Positions 34,506 to 44,346 are shown, numbered from the stretch's first letter. The stretch is DNA of 64,000 nt from Candidatus Eiseniibacteriota bacterium (GCA_016867715.1 VGIW01000003.1:5251-69250); one strand, 5' to 3'. Made by a program: numbers and translations. Notes: generated by a model not told the origin, from the sequence alone.

Positions 34506-35480
34506 ATGCGGAACCGACTCGCAGCCGCGTTCGTTGGTCTCCTCCTCGTGCACGGCGCGGCCCACGGCACGGAGATCTTCGCGAAGGTGGGAACCATCGG
34601 CGCTCAGTTCCTCAAGATCGGTGTGGGGGGAAGAGGGGTCGCGATGGGCGAGTCGTTCGTCGCGATCGCCGACGACGCCTCGGCGCTTTATTGGAACCCC
34701 GCGGGAATCGCGAGGCTCGAGGGGCAGAGCCACGTGTTCTTCTCGCATTCCGCGTGGCCGGCGGACATCGGCCACGAGTTCGCCGGGTATGTCTTCACGT
34801 ACGGAGGGATCCCCGGGGTGATGGGTGTGAGCCTCAACGTGCTTCAAATGGACCCGATGATCCGCACGACCGAGTATCACCCCGATGGACGGAACCTCGC
34901 CGGCTCGCAGGAGCTCGAGCAGTTCGACGCGGGCGACATGGCGATCGGCGTCTCCTATGCGCGCTTCCTCACCGACAAGTTCGCGTTCGGAGGCACGCTG
35001 AAGTGGATTCACCAGGGCCTCGAGGACGAGTTCGCCGAGGGGCTGAACTTCGACTTCGGAACGCTCTACAACACCGGCTTCCGAACGGTCACGATCGGCA
35101 TGACCGTGCAGAACATCGGCCCGACGATGAAGTTCATCGATCAAGAGTTTTCTCCGCCGACGACGTTCAAGCTCGGCGTCGCGATGGACGCGTTTCGGTC
35201 GGCGCAACACGCGGTCCTGACGTCCGCCGAGTTCAACCATCCGAGCGACAACAAAGAGCGCGCGAATCTCGGCCTCGAGTACGAATACATCCCGCTGGAG
35301 AGGTTCTCCGTCGCTCTCAGGGGCGGCTACATGACCAACCGCGACATCCAGGATTACGCGCTCGGATTCGGCGTGGGATTCCCCACAAGCGCGACCGCGA
35401 CGGCCGACGTGAACTACTCCTTCATGAACATGAAGGAGTTGGGCGCCACGCATCAGGTCAGCGTCATCCTCAGCTACTAG
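34506..35480 (+). CDS. PorV/PorQ family (UPF0164) outer membrane beta-barrel
   Basis: FLKIGVGGRGVAMGESFVAIADDASALYWNPAG signature; terminal beta-strand ending in Tyr. Confidence 0.88.
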   Translation: MRNRLAAAFVGLLLVHGAAHGTEIFAKVGTIGAQFLKIGVGGRGVAMGESFVAIADDASALYWNPAGIARLEGQSHVFFSHSAWPADIGHEFAGYVFTYGGIPGVMGVSLNVLQMDPMIRTTEYHPDGRNLAGSQELEQFDAGDMAIGVSYARFLTDKFAFGGTLKWIHQGLEDEFAEGLNFDFGTLYNTGFRTVTIGMTVQNIGPTMKFIDQEFSPPTTFKLGVAMDAFRSAQHAVLTSAEFNHPSDNKERANLGLEYEYIPLERFSVALRGGYMTNRDIQDYALGFGVGFPTSATATADVNYSFMNMKELGATHQVSVILSY

Positions 35481-35561
35481 CCGCGACCCGCGCCGGCGGT
35501 CGGACGGGTCGCGTCTTCCTGCGGGAGACCGTCCGGAAGAGGGCGGCGCTGGAGGTGCGGC

Positions 35562-37106
35562 GTGAGGAAGACGGGAAGACTCGGGCCGGCCACCGGAAGA
35601 CTCCTTCTCCTGCTCGGGATGGCGCTGTCCGCCGCGTCCGGTGCGAGCGCGGATTCCGACGGCGAGCCGGTGGGTTCCGCGGGGCGCATCCGCTTCGTGG
35701 TCGACGCGGTCAGCTTTCCCCGATCGGCCGGAAACACGACCGAGGAGGTCTACCTCCTCCTCTCGAGCAAGGATCTCCGCTTCGAGGACCGCGGGAACGG
35801 GACAGCCGATGCCGAGATCCGCGTCCGATTCCACTTCCGGGCCTGGCCGACCGGGGAGACGATCCTTCGCAAAGCGATGACCGCCGTTCTCCCGAAGGAA
35901 CCGAGCGCGGAGGGGGGGGGCGGTCTCCAGCTTCTCCAACATGCGTTCTCGCTGCCGGAAGGTCCGTATCAGCTCGTGGTGGAAGTGGAGGACCTACGGA
36001 CGCGCGGCTTCGGTTTCTTCCGGCTCTTCGGGAGGCGTCCAAACATGGGGAAGGCGCTCGCGTACTTCGAGGCCAAGGGGTTTCGCCCGCAAGCTCTCGC
36101 GATCTCGGACATCCAGCTCGCGCGAAGCTTGGCGCCGGATGCCGCGAGCGAGTTCGCGAAAGGGAACCTCGAGGTGATCCCGCAGCCGAACCGTCTCTAC
36201 GGCGCCCTCATGCCCGTCCTCTCGTTCTACTATGAGATCTACGATCTCGGCGACGGGCAGGATCCGGCGGGAGAACCGTACCGCGTGACGCACCGTGTGA
36301 CCGGCTCGGATGGGGCGGTCGTGCTCGAGGAGAAGGTGGCGCTTCAAGCGGCGCCCGGGGTTTCGCGCTTCCGGCGGAGCGGCACGTTCAACCTTGCAGA
36401 CCTCGATCCCGGATCGTACGATCTCCAGGTTTCCATCGAGAGCCCTTCACGCGATCTCGTAACGGAAGACGAGCGCCGCTTCCGCGTGATCTGGAAGAGC
36501 GAGGACACGGCCGGATGGGAGGCCGAGACGAGCGGCGGGCAGGCATGGAGCTACCGGGGAAGGACCTCCGAGGAGAGCGTGATCGAGGAGATGCGCCCGA
36601 TTCTCGGGCAGGGAGATCTTCAGAGGTTGGAGGGGATGGCACCCGAGGAGAGGAGGGCGTGGATCGAGCAGTACTGGAAGGCGAGGGATCCGACGCCCGG
36701 CACGGAACTGAACGAGCTCCGGGAGGAACACTATCAGCGGATTCGGACGGCGAACGTGCGATACGGAGCTCTTCTTCTCAAGGGGATGGAAACGGATCGA
36801 GGCCGCATCTACATTCGTTACGGCGAACCGGACGAGATCCGAATCGGGTTCGCCGATCAATCGTTCGTTCCCGGATCGTCCACGAGACCCGGATCGATGG
36901 GTCAGATCGGCGAGGTCGGGCGGTCGCGCGGGGGCTACAATGTAGAAGAAAAAGAGTACGAGGTCTGGACGTACAACGAAAGAGGGCGCATCCTTGGAGA
37001 TCGTGGGAAGGTGGCCGGCGGGCTCGGCCTCCGGTTTGTCTTCGCCGACCTGGAGGGCTACGGGAACTACCGTCTGGTGGAAAGCTCGGAAGAGGGGGAA
37101 TACTGA
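35562..37106 (+). CDS. GWxTD domain-containing secreted protein
   Basis: YWKARDPTPGT..NE..EHYQRI..AN..GMETDRGRIYIRYGEPD..EVWTY..F.F.D; Ig-like N-terminal regions; signal peptide. Confidence 0.85.
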   Translation: MRKTGRLGPATGRLLLLLGMALSAASGASADSDGEPVGSAGRIRFVVDAVSFPRSAGNTTEEVYLLLSSKDLRFEDRGNGTADAEIRVRFHFRAWPTGETILRKAMTAVLPKEPSAEGGGGLQLLQHAFSLPEGPYQLVVEVEDLRTRGFGFFRLFGRRPNMGKALAYFEAKGFRPQALAISDIQLARSLAPDAASEFAKGNLEVIPQPNRLYGALMPVLSFYYEIYDLGDGQDPAGEPYRVTHRVTGSDGAVVLEEKVALQAAPGVSRFRRSGTFNLADLDPGSYDLQVSIESPSRDLVTEDERRFRVIWKSEDTAGWEAETSGGQAWSYRGRTSEESVIEEMRPILGQGDLQRLEGMAPEERRAWIEQYWKARDPTPGTELNELREEHYQRIRTANVRYGALLLKGMETDRGRIYIRYGEPDEIRIGFADQSFVPGSSTRPGSMGQIGEVGRSRGGYNVEEKEYEVWTYNERGRILGDRGKVAGGLGLRFVFADLEGYGNYRLVESSEEGEY

Positions 37107-37114
37107 CAAAACGG

Positions 37115-37143
37115 TTGACAAGGCGCATGGACGTGGGTAGAGT
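37115..37143 (+). promoter_or_regulatory. sigma70-type promoter for exbB-exbD-exbD-tonB
   Basis: TTGACA-N17-TAGAGT. Confidence 0.6.
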
Positions 37144-37260
37144 CTAACTCTTGAATTTGAGCGAGGTTGTCAACCGGAGCGGGATTCCGCCCCGCGCCGG
37201 TTCCCTCTCGAGCTTCGCATCGAGAAGAGATCAAGGACCGGAAATCGGAGGAGTGCTTCG

Positions 37261-38121
37261 ATGACATCGATCGGCAGGAAGACGGGTGTTTGGGCTCTGA
37301 TGGGAGCGCTTCTCGGGGTTCTCCTCATCGCGGCGCCTCTCAGCGCGCAGGAGGATCTCGGGGCGGCGGAGGAGGAGCCGGGCGTCGCAAGCGAGGCGGA
37401 AACGGCGGTCGAGGAACCGGCCGCTTCAACGGAGGAGCTCGCGAGCGGCGCGGGCTTCGCGGACGTCGAGGAAGAGACCGGCTTCTTCGGGCGCCTCGCG
37501 AAGAGCGGGCTCGTGCAGCTCTTTGATCAGGGCGGAAACTTCATGTGGCCGCTTCTCGCCTGCTCGATCATCGGTCTGGCGGTTCTCATCGAGAGGCTCG
37601 TCACCCTCTTCCGCGCGAAGGTGAACGTGCGAAACCTGATCGGCCGAGTGGTCGAGGCGCTCAACAAGGACGGGATCGAGGGAGCGATGCGCGTGTGCGA
37701 GGAGACGCGGGGGCCGATCGCCGCGATTCTCCACGCCGGGCTTCTGAGAGCCCGGCAGGGGCGCGTGGAGATCGAGAAAGCGATCGAGACGGCGGGCGCC
37801 ATCGAGATGAGCTTCTTGGAGCGCGGGCTGATCGTGCTCTCCTCGATCGTGACGATCGCCCCGCTGCTCGGCTTCCTCGGGACGGTGTCCGGGATGATCC
37901 GCGCGTTCAACGACATCGCGGCGGCGGAGCAGGTGAACGCGAAGATCGTCGCGAGCGGTATCTCCGAGGCGCTGATCACGACGGCTGCGGGGCTCATCAT
38001 CGCGATCCCGTGCCAGGCGGCGTACAACTTCTTCGTCGCCCAAATCGATCGTTTCGTGATCGAGATGGAAGAAGCCGCCTCGGAGGTCATGGAGAGCCTG
38101 GGCACGCTGGAAGGCAAGTAA
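37261..38121 (+). CDS. exbB: MotA/TolQ/ExbB proton channel protein
   Basis: APLLGFLGTVSGMI, GISEALITTAAGLIIAIP; N-terminal signal plus acidic extension. Confidence 0.93.
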   Translation: MTSIGRKTGVWALMGALLGVLLIAAPLSAQEDLGAAEEEPGVASEAETAVEEPAASTEELASGAGFADVEEETGFFGRLAKSGLVQLFDQGGNFMWPLLACSIIGLAVLIERLVTLFRAKVNVRNLIGRVVEALNKDGIEGAMRVCEETRGPIAAILHAGLLRARQGRVEIEKAIETAGAIEMSFLERGLIVLSSIVTIAPLLGFLGTVSGMIRAFNDIAAAEQVNAKIVASGISEALITTAAGLIIAIPCQAAYNFFVAQIDRFVIEMEEAASEVMESLGTLEGK

Positions 38122-38122
38122 C

Positions 38123-38530
38123 ATGAAGATTCGGAAGAGGGCAAAAGGGGAGCCGGAAATCCCGAACGCGTCGATGTCCGACGTGGCCTTTCTCCTGCTG
38201 ATCTTCTTCCTCGTCACGACGATCTTCAACGTGGAGAAGGGCCTCGACATCGTGCTCCCGAACCTCGGGACGAGCCCGAAGCGGATCGCGAAGCAGAACC
38301 TGTGCGAGATCAGGATCGCCGCTTCCGGACGGGTGACGGTCGACGGGGTCGAGACGGCGGTGCGGGGGCTCGAGGACGTGATTCGGAGGAGGCTGATCGA
38401 AAACGACAAGACGATCTGCGTGATCGAGACCCACCCCGGATCCTACTACGGGATCATGGTGGACGTGCTCGACGAGCTGAAGCTCGCCGAGGCGACGAAG
38501 ATCACGCTTCGCACGGGCGGAGGCGGATAG
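38123..38530 (+). CDS. exbD: Biopolymer transporter ExbD/TolR
   Basis: SMSDVAFLLLIFFLVTT. Confidence 0.9.
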   Translation: MKIRKRAKGEPEIPNASMSDVAFLLLIFFLVTTIFNVEKGLDIVLPNLGTSPKRIAKQNLCEIRIAASGRVTVDGVETAVRGLEDVIRRRLIENDKTICVIETHPGSYYGIMVDVLDELKLAEATKITLRTGGGG

Positions 38531-38533
38531 ACG

Positions 38534-38956
38534 ATGGCGAGGAAAGAGAAGTTCAAGAGAGGCGCAAGGAAGACCGCCCCCATTCCGACGGCCTCGATGG
38601 CGGACATCGCGTTTCTTCTTCTCGTCTTCTTCATGACGACGACGATCTTCCGCATGGAGGACGGCCTTCCGGTCGAGCTTCCGAAGGCGGCCGCGACGGA
38701 GCAGTTTCCACGCGAGAAGCTCGCCCACATTTGGGTCGACGCGAGGGGACAGATCTCGATCAACGACAAGCTGGTGGACGTTCGCTCCATCCAGTCGCTC
38801 ATCTTGAGAAGGCTCCAGCTGAACCCGGCGCTCGTCGTCGCGTTCAACGCCGACAAGAGGGTCTCCTACAAGATCATGTCGGACGTGATGGAGGAGCTGA
38901 AGCAGGTGAACGCAACCAAGGTGAGCTTCAACGCCGACTACGAGCCGAGGAGGTAG
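38534..38956 (+). CDS. exbD: Biopolymer transporter ExbD/TolR (second copy)
   Basis: SMADIAFLLLVFFMTTT, ADKRVSY. Confidence 0.9.
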   Translation: MARKEKFKRGARKTAPIPTASMADIAFLLLVFFMTTTIFRMEDGLPVELPKAAATEQFPREKLAHIWVDARGQISINDKLVDVRSIQSLILRRLQLNPALVVAFNADKRVSYKIMSDVMEELKQVNATKVSFNADYEPRR

Positions 38957-38959
38957 GCG

Positions 38960-39631
38960 ATGGCGCGCCTTGTCGCCACGGAAAACGTCAAGTTCAAGCT
39001 CGGCTTTCGGAAGTACTTCGACCTTGCGCTCATCGCCGCCGTGCTTCTTCACATGATCGGGTTCGTGTGGACGCCCGAGGTCAACGTGGAGGCGTACGTG
39101 ACCGAGAAGGAGGAGGAGATCGTCGTCCTTGAGGTTCCCGAGGAGGTCGAGGTTCCTCTTCCCCCGGTGGAAGCGATCCGTCCCTCGATCCCGCTCGCGG
39201 CCGAGCTCACCGAGGTCCTTGCGTCGGACGAGGCGGACCCGGAAGAGACGATCCAGGACACCGAAGTGAACGTCAAGAACCCGACCGCGGCGCGCCTGAA
39301 CTACGTCGATCCGGGCGAGATGGGCGGTGGAGACGCGGAGTTCCTCACGTACAGCGACCCGCCGATGGAAAAGCGAATTTTCCGCCCGGACTACCCGGCG
39401 CTCGCGCGCCAAGCCGGAATCGAGGGGACCGTCGTTGCGAAGGTCTACATCGACGAGAAGGGGCGCGTGATCCGGGTGGAGATCGTGCAGTCGCCGGCGG
39501 AGATCTTCAACGAGCCGGTGAAGCAGGCCTTGTTCAAGAGCGAGTTCTATCCGGCGAAGCAGCGGGACATCCCGGTGAAGAGCCGGATCCTCGTTCCGTT
39601 CGAGTTCTACATCCGGTCCGGCCAGCGCTGA
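38960..39631 (+). CDS. tonB: Energy transducer TonB
   Basis: N-terminal TM with His (AAVLLH), acidic/Pro linker, YPALARQAGIEGTV TonB_C. Confidence 0.9.
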   Translation: MARLVATENVKFKLGFRKYFDLALIAAVLLHMIGFVWTPEVNVEAYVTEKEEEIVVLEVPEEVEVPLPPVEAIRPSIPLAAELTEVLASDEADPEETIQDTEVNVKNPTAARLNYVDPGEMGGGDAEFLTYSDPPMEKRIFRPDYPALARQAGIEGTVVAKVYIDEKGRVIRVEIVQSPAEIFNEPVKQALFKSEFYPAKQRDIPVKSRILVPFEFYIRSGQR

Positions 39632-39686
39632 TCCGGAGTCGCGTCCGTCGAGGGGAAGCGCGCCGGCCGGGTACCGGCGGAGCTCC

Positions 39687-40403
39687 GTGACGATGAGCGG
39701 AAGCAGCGAGGTCGAGCGGCCCTCACCCGACGGGCGCCCCGGCTTCTGGAACGATTGCCTGGCCCTCTGGTTCTCGCCGGCGGGCCTCTTTTCTTCGATC
39801 GCGGAAAGGCCGCGGTGGCGCGCGGCGCTCGTCCTTCTTCTCGTCCTCGTCACGCTCTCCACGTTCGTCACGCTCGACCCCCTCCTGGAGACGATGCAGA
39901 GCCGGGGGGCGGCGGAGATCCGCGAGCGGGGCGGAAGCGCCGAGGCGCTGGAGATCCTCCGCGGCCGGACGGTGCGCCTCGGTCTCGTTGTCACGGCACC
40001 GCTCCTCTTCCTTCTCGCCCTCGCCGCTCACGCGGGGGGCGCGTATCTCGTGCTCGCGGCGACGGGGGGGTTGGGCGTTGAACGGCCGTTCACGCGGCTC
40101 TTCCAGGTCGCGACATGGGGGAGGATGGTGCAGGTTCCTCGGCTGCTTCTCTGGGTGCCGCTCGTCCTGGCGAAAGGGAGCGGGGAGGTCTACTTCGGGC
40201 CGGCCGCGCTCGCCGCCGGTGAAGGCCGCTCGGCGCTCTTCGCGGTACTCGTCGCGCTCGACCTCTTCTCGATCTGGTTTCTCGTGCTCTACGCTCTCGG
40301 GATCAAGATCGTTCTCCGCGTCTCGGGGCTCCGCGCAGCCGTCGCCGCGGTTCTCCCGTGGGCGATCGGGCAGGCGATCCAGATCGCGACCGCGCATCTC
40401 TGA
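39687..40403 (+). CDS. Yip1-domain membrane protein
   Basis: FSPAGLFSSIAERPRW, multiple TM helices, LDLFSIW. Confidence 0.7.
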   Translation: MTMSGSSEVERPSPDGRPGFWNDCLALWFSPAGLFSSIAERPRWRAALVLLLVLVTLSTFVTLDPLLETMQSRGAAEIRERGGSAEALEILRGRTVRLGLVVTAPLLFLLALAAHAGGAYLVLAATGGLGVERPFTRLFQVATWGRMVQVPRLLLWVPLVLAKGSGEVYFGPAALAAGEGRSALFAVLVALDLFSIWFLVLYALGIKIVLRVSGLRAAVAAVLPWAIGQAIQIATAHL

Positions 40404-40428
40404 CCTAGTGCCCTCGGCCTGGACTCAG

Positions 40429-40454
40429 GGAACGAAAGCGCCTACTCTCGCGTA
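40429..40454 (+). promoter_or_regulatory. Candidate ECF sigma-factor promoter
   Basis: GGAAC-N17-CGTA upstream of tolC. Confidence 0.4.
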
Positions 40455-40525
40455 GGGTGAATCGTAGGTCGGCGGCGCTTCGCCGGAGCGCCGCGGGAAG
40501 ACGCCCCCTCGACAAGGAGTCTCGC

Positions 40526-41860
40526 ATGAAGCGTGGTGTCGTTCTCCTCGCCGCATCGGCCGTGTTCGTTCTCGCGGTCTCCGTCCCGAGCGCCGACGGA
40601 ACCCCCTCCACCGCCGAGCGCGCGGCCGAGGCAATCCGAGGCGGAGTTCCGCTCGGCGTGGATCGATGCGTTGAGATCGCGCTCGACCTGAACCCGTCCC
40701 TTCGTTCGAGCCGGGAGAGCACCCGAGCGACGGAGCGGGCCGTCCTCGAGGCCTATGCCGCCTTCTTTCCTCGGGTGGACGGAGGTTACGACGGATCACG
40801 GACGAAGATCGGCTACTCCGAGTTTCAGCTCGCGGGAACGCGGGAGTTCGACAACCATGCCCTAGGGATCTACTTGAACCAAACCCTCTTCTCCTTCTCG
40901 GGCGTGAAATCGATCCATCGCGCGCGGAACAGCCGGGAAGCGGGCCGTGCGGGCTTCGATGCGGACCGTCAAGGGCTCATCTACGAGGTCCGGGCGGCAT
41001 GCCACGGGCTTCTCATGACGGTCGATCTCCTCGAGGTGGCGCGCGAGAACCTTCGGGTGGGGGAGGAGCAGCTCAAGCTCGCGGAGAAGCGGAAGGAGGT
41101 GGGAGCGGGCGTCACCGCCGACGTGCTCAAGGCGAGCGCGCAGGTGGAAGCGAACCGGCTGGACGTGATCACCGCGGAGAAGAACCTTGCGACGGCGCGC
41201 GCGGAGCTTCTCGCTTTTCTCGGCATGGATGTCACCCTTCCGATCGAGGTCGAGCCTCCGAAGGAGATCCGCACAGAGGTTCCGCGATTCGACGAGAGCA
41301 TGCGCGCGGCGGAGGAGAACCGGCCCGACCTTCGCGAGATGAAGTACGCGGCGCGCGCGAGCGAGGACGGCGCCGGAGCGGCGTGGGGCGAGTATGTCCC
41401 GTCTCTCGGGGGGAGCTTCTCCTACGGTTGGAGGGACACGATGCTGAGCGGGGACATCTTCGACGAAACGCGGAACACGTGGACCGCGAGGATCAGCCTG
41501 GACGTCCCTCTCTTCAACGTTGGGGCCGCCTCGCGCGTGCGTCAAGAGAAGGCGCGGGCGGCGGCGGCCCGCCACGGCCTTGAGGCGACCCGGAAAGGGA
41601 TCGAGCTCGAGATCCAAGAGGCGATCCTCTCGATCGAGGAGGGACTGAAGAAGATGGAAGCCGCGGCGCGCACGGTCGCGGCCGCCGAAGAGGACCTCCG
41701 CGTGTCGCGGGGGAAGTACGAGCACGGTCTCGTTCCGATTCTGGATCTCATCGAGGCGCAGGCCGCTCTTCGGGAAGCGCGCGCCGCAGAGGTCGAGGCG
41801 ACCTACGACCACATGACCGCGCGCGCGGCGTGGGAGAAAGCAGTGGGGGCGATTCGCTGA
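40526..41860 (+). CDS. TolC family outer membrane efflux protein
   Basis: Signal peptide; two OEP repeats ([32 protein letters not shown]). Confidence 0.88.
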   Translation: MKRGVVLLAASAVFVLAVSVPSADGTPSTAERAAEAIRGGVPLGVDRCVEIALDLNPSLRSSRESTRATERAVLEAYAAFFPRVDGGYDGSRTKIGYSEFQLAGTREFDNHALGIYLNQTLFSFSGVKSIHRARNSREAGRAGFDADRQGLIYEVRAACHGLLMTVDLLEVARENLRVGEEQLKLAEKRKEVGAGVTADVLKASAQVEANRLDVITAEKNLATARAELLAFLGMDVTLPIEVEPPKEIRTEVPRFDESMRAAEENRPDLREMKYAARASEDGAGAAWGEYVPSLGGSFSYGWRDTMLSGDIFDETRNTWTARISLDVPLFNVGAASRVRQEKARAAAARHGLEATRKGIELEIQEAILSIEEGLKKMEAAARTVAAAEEDLRVSRGKYEHGLVPILDLIEAQAALREARAAEVEATYDHMTARAAWEKAVGAIR

Positions 41861-41861
41861 G

Positions 41862-42557
41862 ATGCCGAGCGCCAACGGATACTTGATCGAGACGCAGGAT
41901 CTCTCGAAGACCTACCGGCTCGGGAAGCTCGATGTCCCCGCGCTTCGCGGCGTCACCTTCCAGGTCCGGCGCAACGCATACATCGCGATCATGGGTCCCT
42001 CCGGTTCGGGGAAATCGACGCTCCTGAACCTTCTCGGGTGCCTCGACACGCCCACCGCGGGCGAGTACCGGTTGGATGGGGTCGAGGTCTCCGGGTTCTC
42101 CGAAGAGGAGCTCGCGGCGATCCGCAACCGGAAGATCGGGTTCGTCTTTCAAACCTTCAACCTTCTTCCGCGCGCGAACGCGTTCCAGAACGTGGAGCTC
42201 CCCCTGATCTACGCCGGGGTCGGCAAGCAGGAACGCCGCGCCAGGGCCGGCGAAGCGATCCGAGCAGTGGGCCTCCTCGATCGGGCGCGCCACCGGCCGA
42301 ACGAGCTCTCCGGGGGCGAGCGGCAACGCGTCGCGATCGCGCGCGCTCTCGTGAACCGGCCGTCCCTCATCCTTGCCGACGAGCCGACCGGAAACCTGGA
42401 CAGCGCGACCGGCGAGGAGATCCTCGCGATCTTCGATTCGATCCGAAAGGCGGGGAACACGATCCTCCTCGTGACGCACGAAGAGGAGATCGCGCGTAGG
42501 ACGGATCGGATCATCCGCTTGCTCGACGGCAGGATCGCCGACGACCGTTCGCCCTAG
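41862..42557 (+). CDS. MacB/LolD-type ABC transporter ATPase
   Basis: [25 protein letters not shown]. Confidence 0.93.
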   Translation: MPSANGYLIETQDLSKTYRLGKLDVPALRGVTFQVRRNAYIAIMGPSGSGKSTLLNLLGCLDTPTAGEYRLDGVEVSGFSEEELAAIRNRKIGFVFQTFNLLPRANAFQNVELPLIYAGVGKQERRARAGEAIRAVGLLDRARHRPNELSGGERQRVAIARALVNRPSLILADEPTGNLDSATGEEILAIFDSIRKAGNTILLVTHEEEIARRTDRIIRLLDGRIADDRSP

Positions 42558-42581
42558 CGCCGGCCGCAATCGGAGGAGCCC

Positions 42582-43658
42582 TTGAACGAGAACGAGCTTC
42601 TTCTTCGTGTGCGCGAGCGCCTCCGCGAGGCGGCCGCCGCGGCGGACCGCCGGTACGACCGGATGGAGCTTTCCGCGCGGGCGGAGGGGGGCGCGGTCGT
42701 CCTCGAGGGGTACGCGACCTCCGAGAACCTCGTCTGGAGCCTTCGAAACCTTCTCGAGAAAGAAGGGATTCTGGCCGACGATCGCGCGGTCGAGCGCCTC
42801 GATCGCTCCTCCGCGGTCCGGGTGCTCATCGCGATCTCGGCCGTCGCTCATCTTCGCGACGAGCCGGATCCGCGCTCGGGACTCTTGACGCAAGTCGTGC
42901 TCGGCGAGGAAGTGGACGGGCTCTTGGAGAAGGGGAAGTGGGTGCTCGTCCGCACCCGGGACGGGTACCTCGGCTGGTGCAGCCGGAACACGCTCGCCGC
43001 GCCGTGCGAGGAGGTGCGGGCTCTCCGCGCGAGCCGTCCGGTTCTCCGCGTGACCGCGCGCGAGTCGCTCCTCCGCGAGTCGCCTCGCGAGGACGCTTCC
43101 CCGGCGCGCGAGGCGGTGTTCGATTCGCGTCTTATCAGTTTAACCATGAATGATAAGTGGGTCGAGACGCTTCTCGCCGACGGCGCGAGGGGATGGCTTC
43201 CCGCGGAAGCGGTCGTTCGGGAGGACGCGATCCCGAGCGCCCCGTCCCCCGCGACCGTCGTGGAGGCCGCGCGGCGGATGATCGGCGCCCCCTATCTCTG
43301 GGGGGGCACCTCGCCCAAGGGCTTCGACTGCTCGGGGCTCGTGCATCGTGTGTTCGGGCACTTCGGCGTGTCGCTGCCGCGGGACGTGGATCGGATGATG
43401 GCCTCGCTCGGGGAGACGTGGGTCGGGCGAGACCCGGCGGAAGGCGATCTCCTCTTTTTCGGGGAGGACCGTCCCACGCACGTGGCGATCTCGCTCGGCG
43501 GCAAGGACTTCTTGCATGCGTCCGGCTGGGTGCGAATCGAGTCGCTGGAACGCGCCTCTCTGGCCTACCGGGCGGATCTGGACGCCGCGTGGATCGGGGC
43601 GGGGCGCGTTCTCGGGAGGAGGGAGCGAGCGCCGACCCTCCGCCGGGGGGAGTCCTGA
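42582..43658 (+). CDS. NlpC/P60 (C40) peptidase with SH3-like domains
   Basis: PYLWGG..GFDCSG, HV, H catalytic motifs; DGYLGW and DGARGW SH3b-like segments. Confidence 0.88.
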   Translation: MNENELLLRVRERLREAAAAADRRYDRMELSARAEGGAVVLEGYATSENLVWSLRNLLEKEGILADDRAVERLDRSSAVRVLIAISAVAHLRDEPDPRSGLLTQVVLGEEVDGLLEKGKWVLVRTRDGYLGWCSRNTLAAPCEEVRALRASRPVLRVTARESLLRESPREDASPAREAVFDSRLISLTMNDKWVETLLADGARGWLPAEAVVREDAIPSAPSPATVVEAARRMIGAPYLWGGTSPKGFDCSGLVHRVFGHFGVSLPRDVDRMMASLGETWVGRDPAEGDLLFFGEDRPTHVAISLGGKDFLHASGWVRIESLERASLAYRADLDAAWIGAGRVLGRRERAPTLRRGES

Positions 43659-43712
43659 CCGCCGCTGGATCGCGGGCGGTCTGGGGCGGGCTTTCCGCTC
43701 GAGGGAGGTATC

Positions 43713-43895
43713 GTGGGAGCCCTTCTCCGCTTTCTCTTCTATCTCTTCCTCTTCTATGGGGCGGCGCGGCTCCTCGGGGCCCTCTTCCGCCCGAAGCCCC
43801 CGGAGAGGGGCGCGGAGAGGGCCGGGACTCGTTCTCCGAACCCGCTCAACGGGGAGCAGATCGAGGATGCCGAATGGGAGGAGATCGACAAGTAG
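43713..43895 (+). CDS. Small membrane protein
   Basis: GGAGG RBS, N-terminal TM, C-terminal IEDAEWEEI motif. Confidence 0.65.
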   Translation: MGALLRFLFYLFLFYGAARLLGALFRPKPPERGAERAGTRSPNPLNGEQIEDAEWEEIDK

Positions 43896-43962
43896 GAAGG
43901 GATTCCTGTTGACGCCCCTCGCGGATCGAGACTATAGTGGGATCCCGAATCGGGGGAATCGT

Positions 43963-44331
43963 ATGCGCCATCGAAAGAGAAGCTCACGCGGGATCGTTCT
44001 GCTCGACCTGGCCGTCGTGGCCGCCCTTCTCGTTCTCGTCGTGTTCATTCAGGTCGCCGTCTACCACCGGAACGCGGAGATCCGACGGGAGCAGGACTCC
44101 CGAAAACGGATGAAGTGGATCGCGAAGGCGCAGGAACTCTACTTCACGGAGAACGCGCGCTACGCGTCGCGGTTCCGCCAGCTCACGCCTTACGTGCGGG
44201 ACGTGGACACGTTCGTTTGCCCGGTCACCGGCGAGCTCTTCTCCCTCTGGATCGACGATCTCGGCCGATACCAGCTGGAGAGCCCCGCCGGACACGGGTC
44301 GATCCTCTCCGGCGAGCCGGACTGGGAGTAG
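43963..44331 (+). CDS. Pilin/pseudopilin-like protein (122 aa)
   Basis: Basic leader then G|IVLLD and hydrophobic helix; AQELYF..N.RYA; CPVTG; TTGACG-N18-TATAGT upstream (43909-43938). Confidence 0.65.
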   Translation: MRHRKRSSRGIVLLDLAVVAALLVLVVFIQVAVYHRNAEIRREQDSRKRMKWIAKAQELYFTENARYASRFRQLTPYVRDVDTFVCPVTGELFSLWIDDLGRYQLESPAGHGSILSGEPDWE

Positions 44332-44346
44332 GGAAAGCCCGGGCGG

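Noticed and set aside
35481-35550. Hairpins after the PorV-like gene as a terminator or ncRNA
   Set aside because: GC-rich stems without a U tract; could be a stability element but not callable
30159-35942. 1043-aa and 880-aa minus-strand ORFs
   Set aside because: Antisense frames of the TBDR, CTD and PorV genes; no RBS or domain signal
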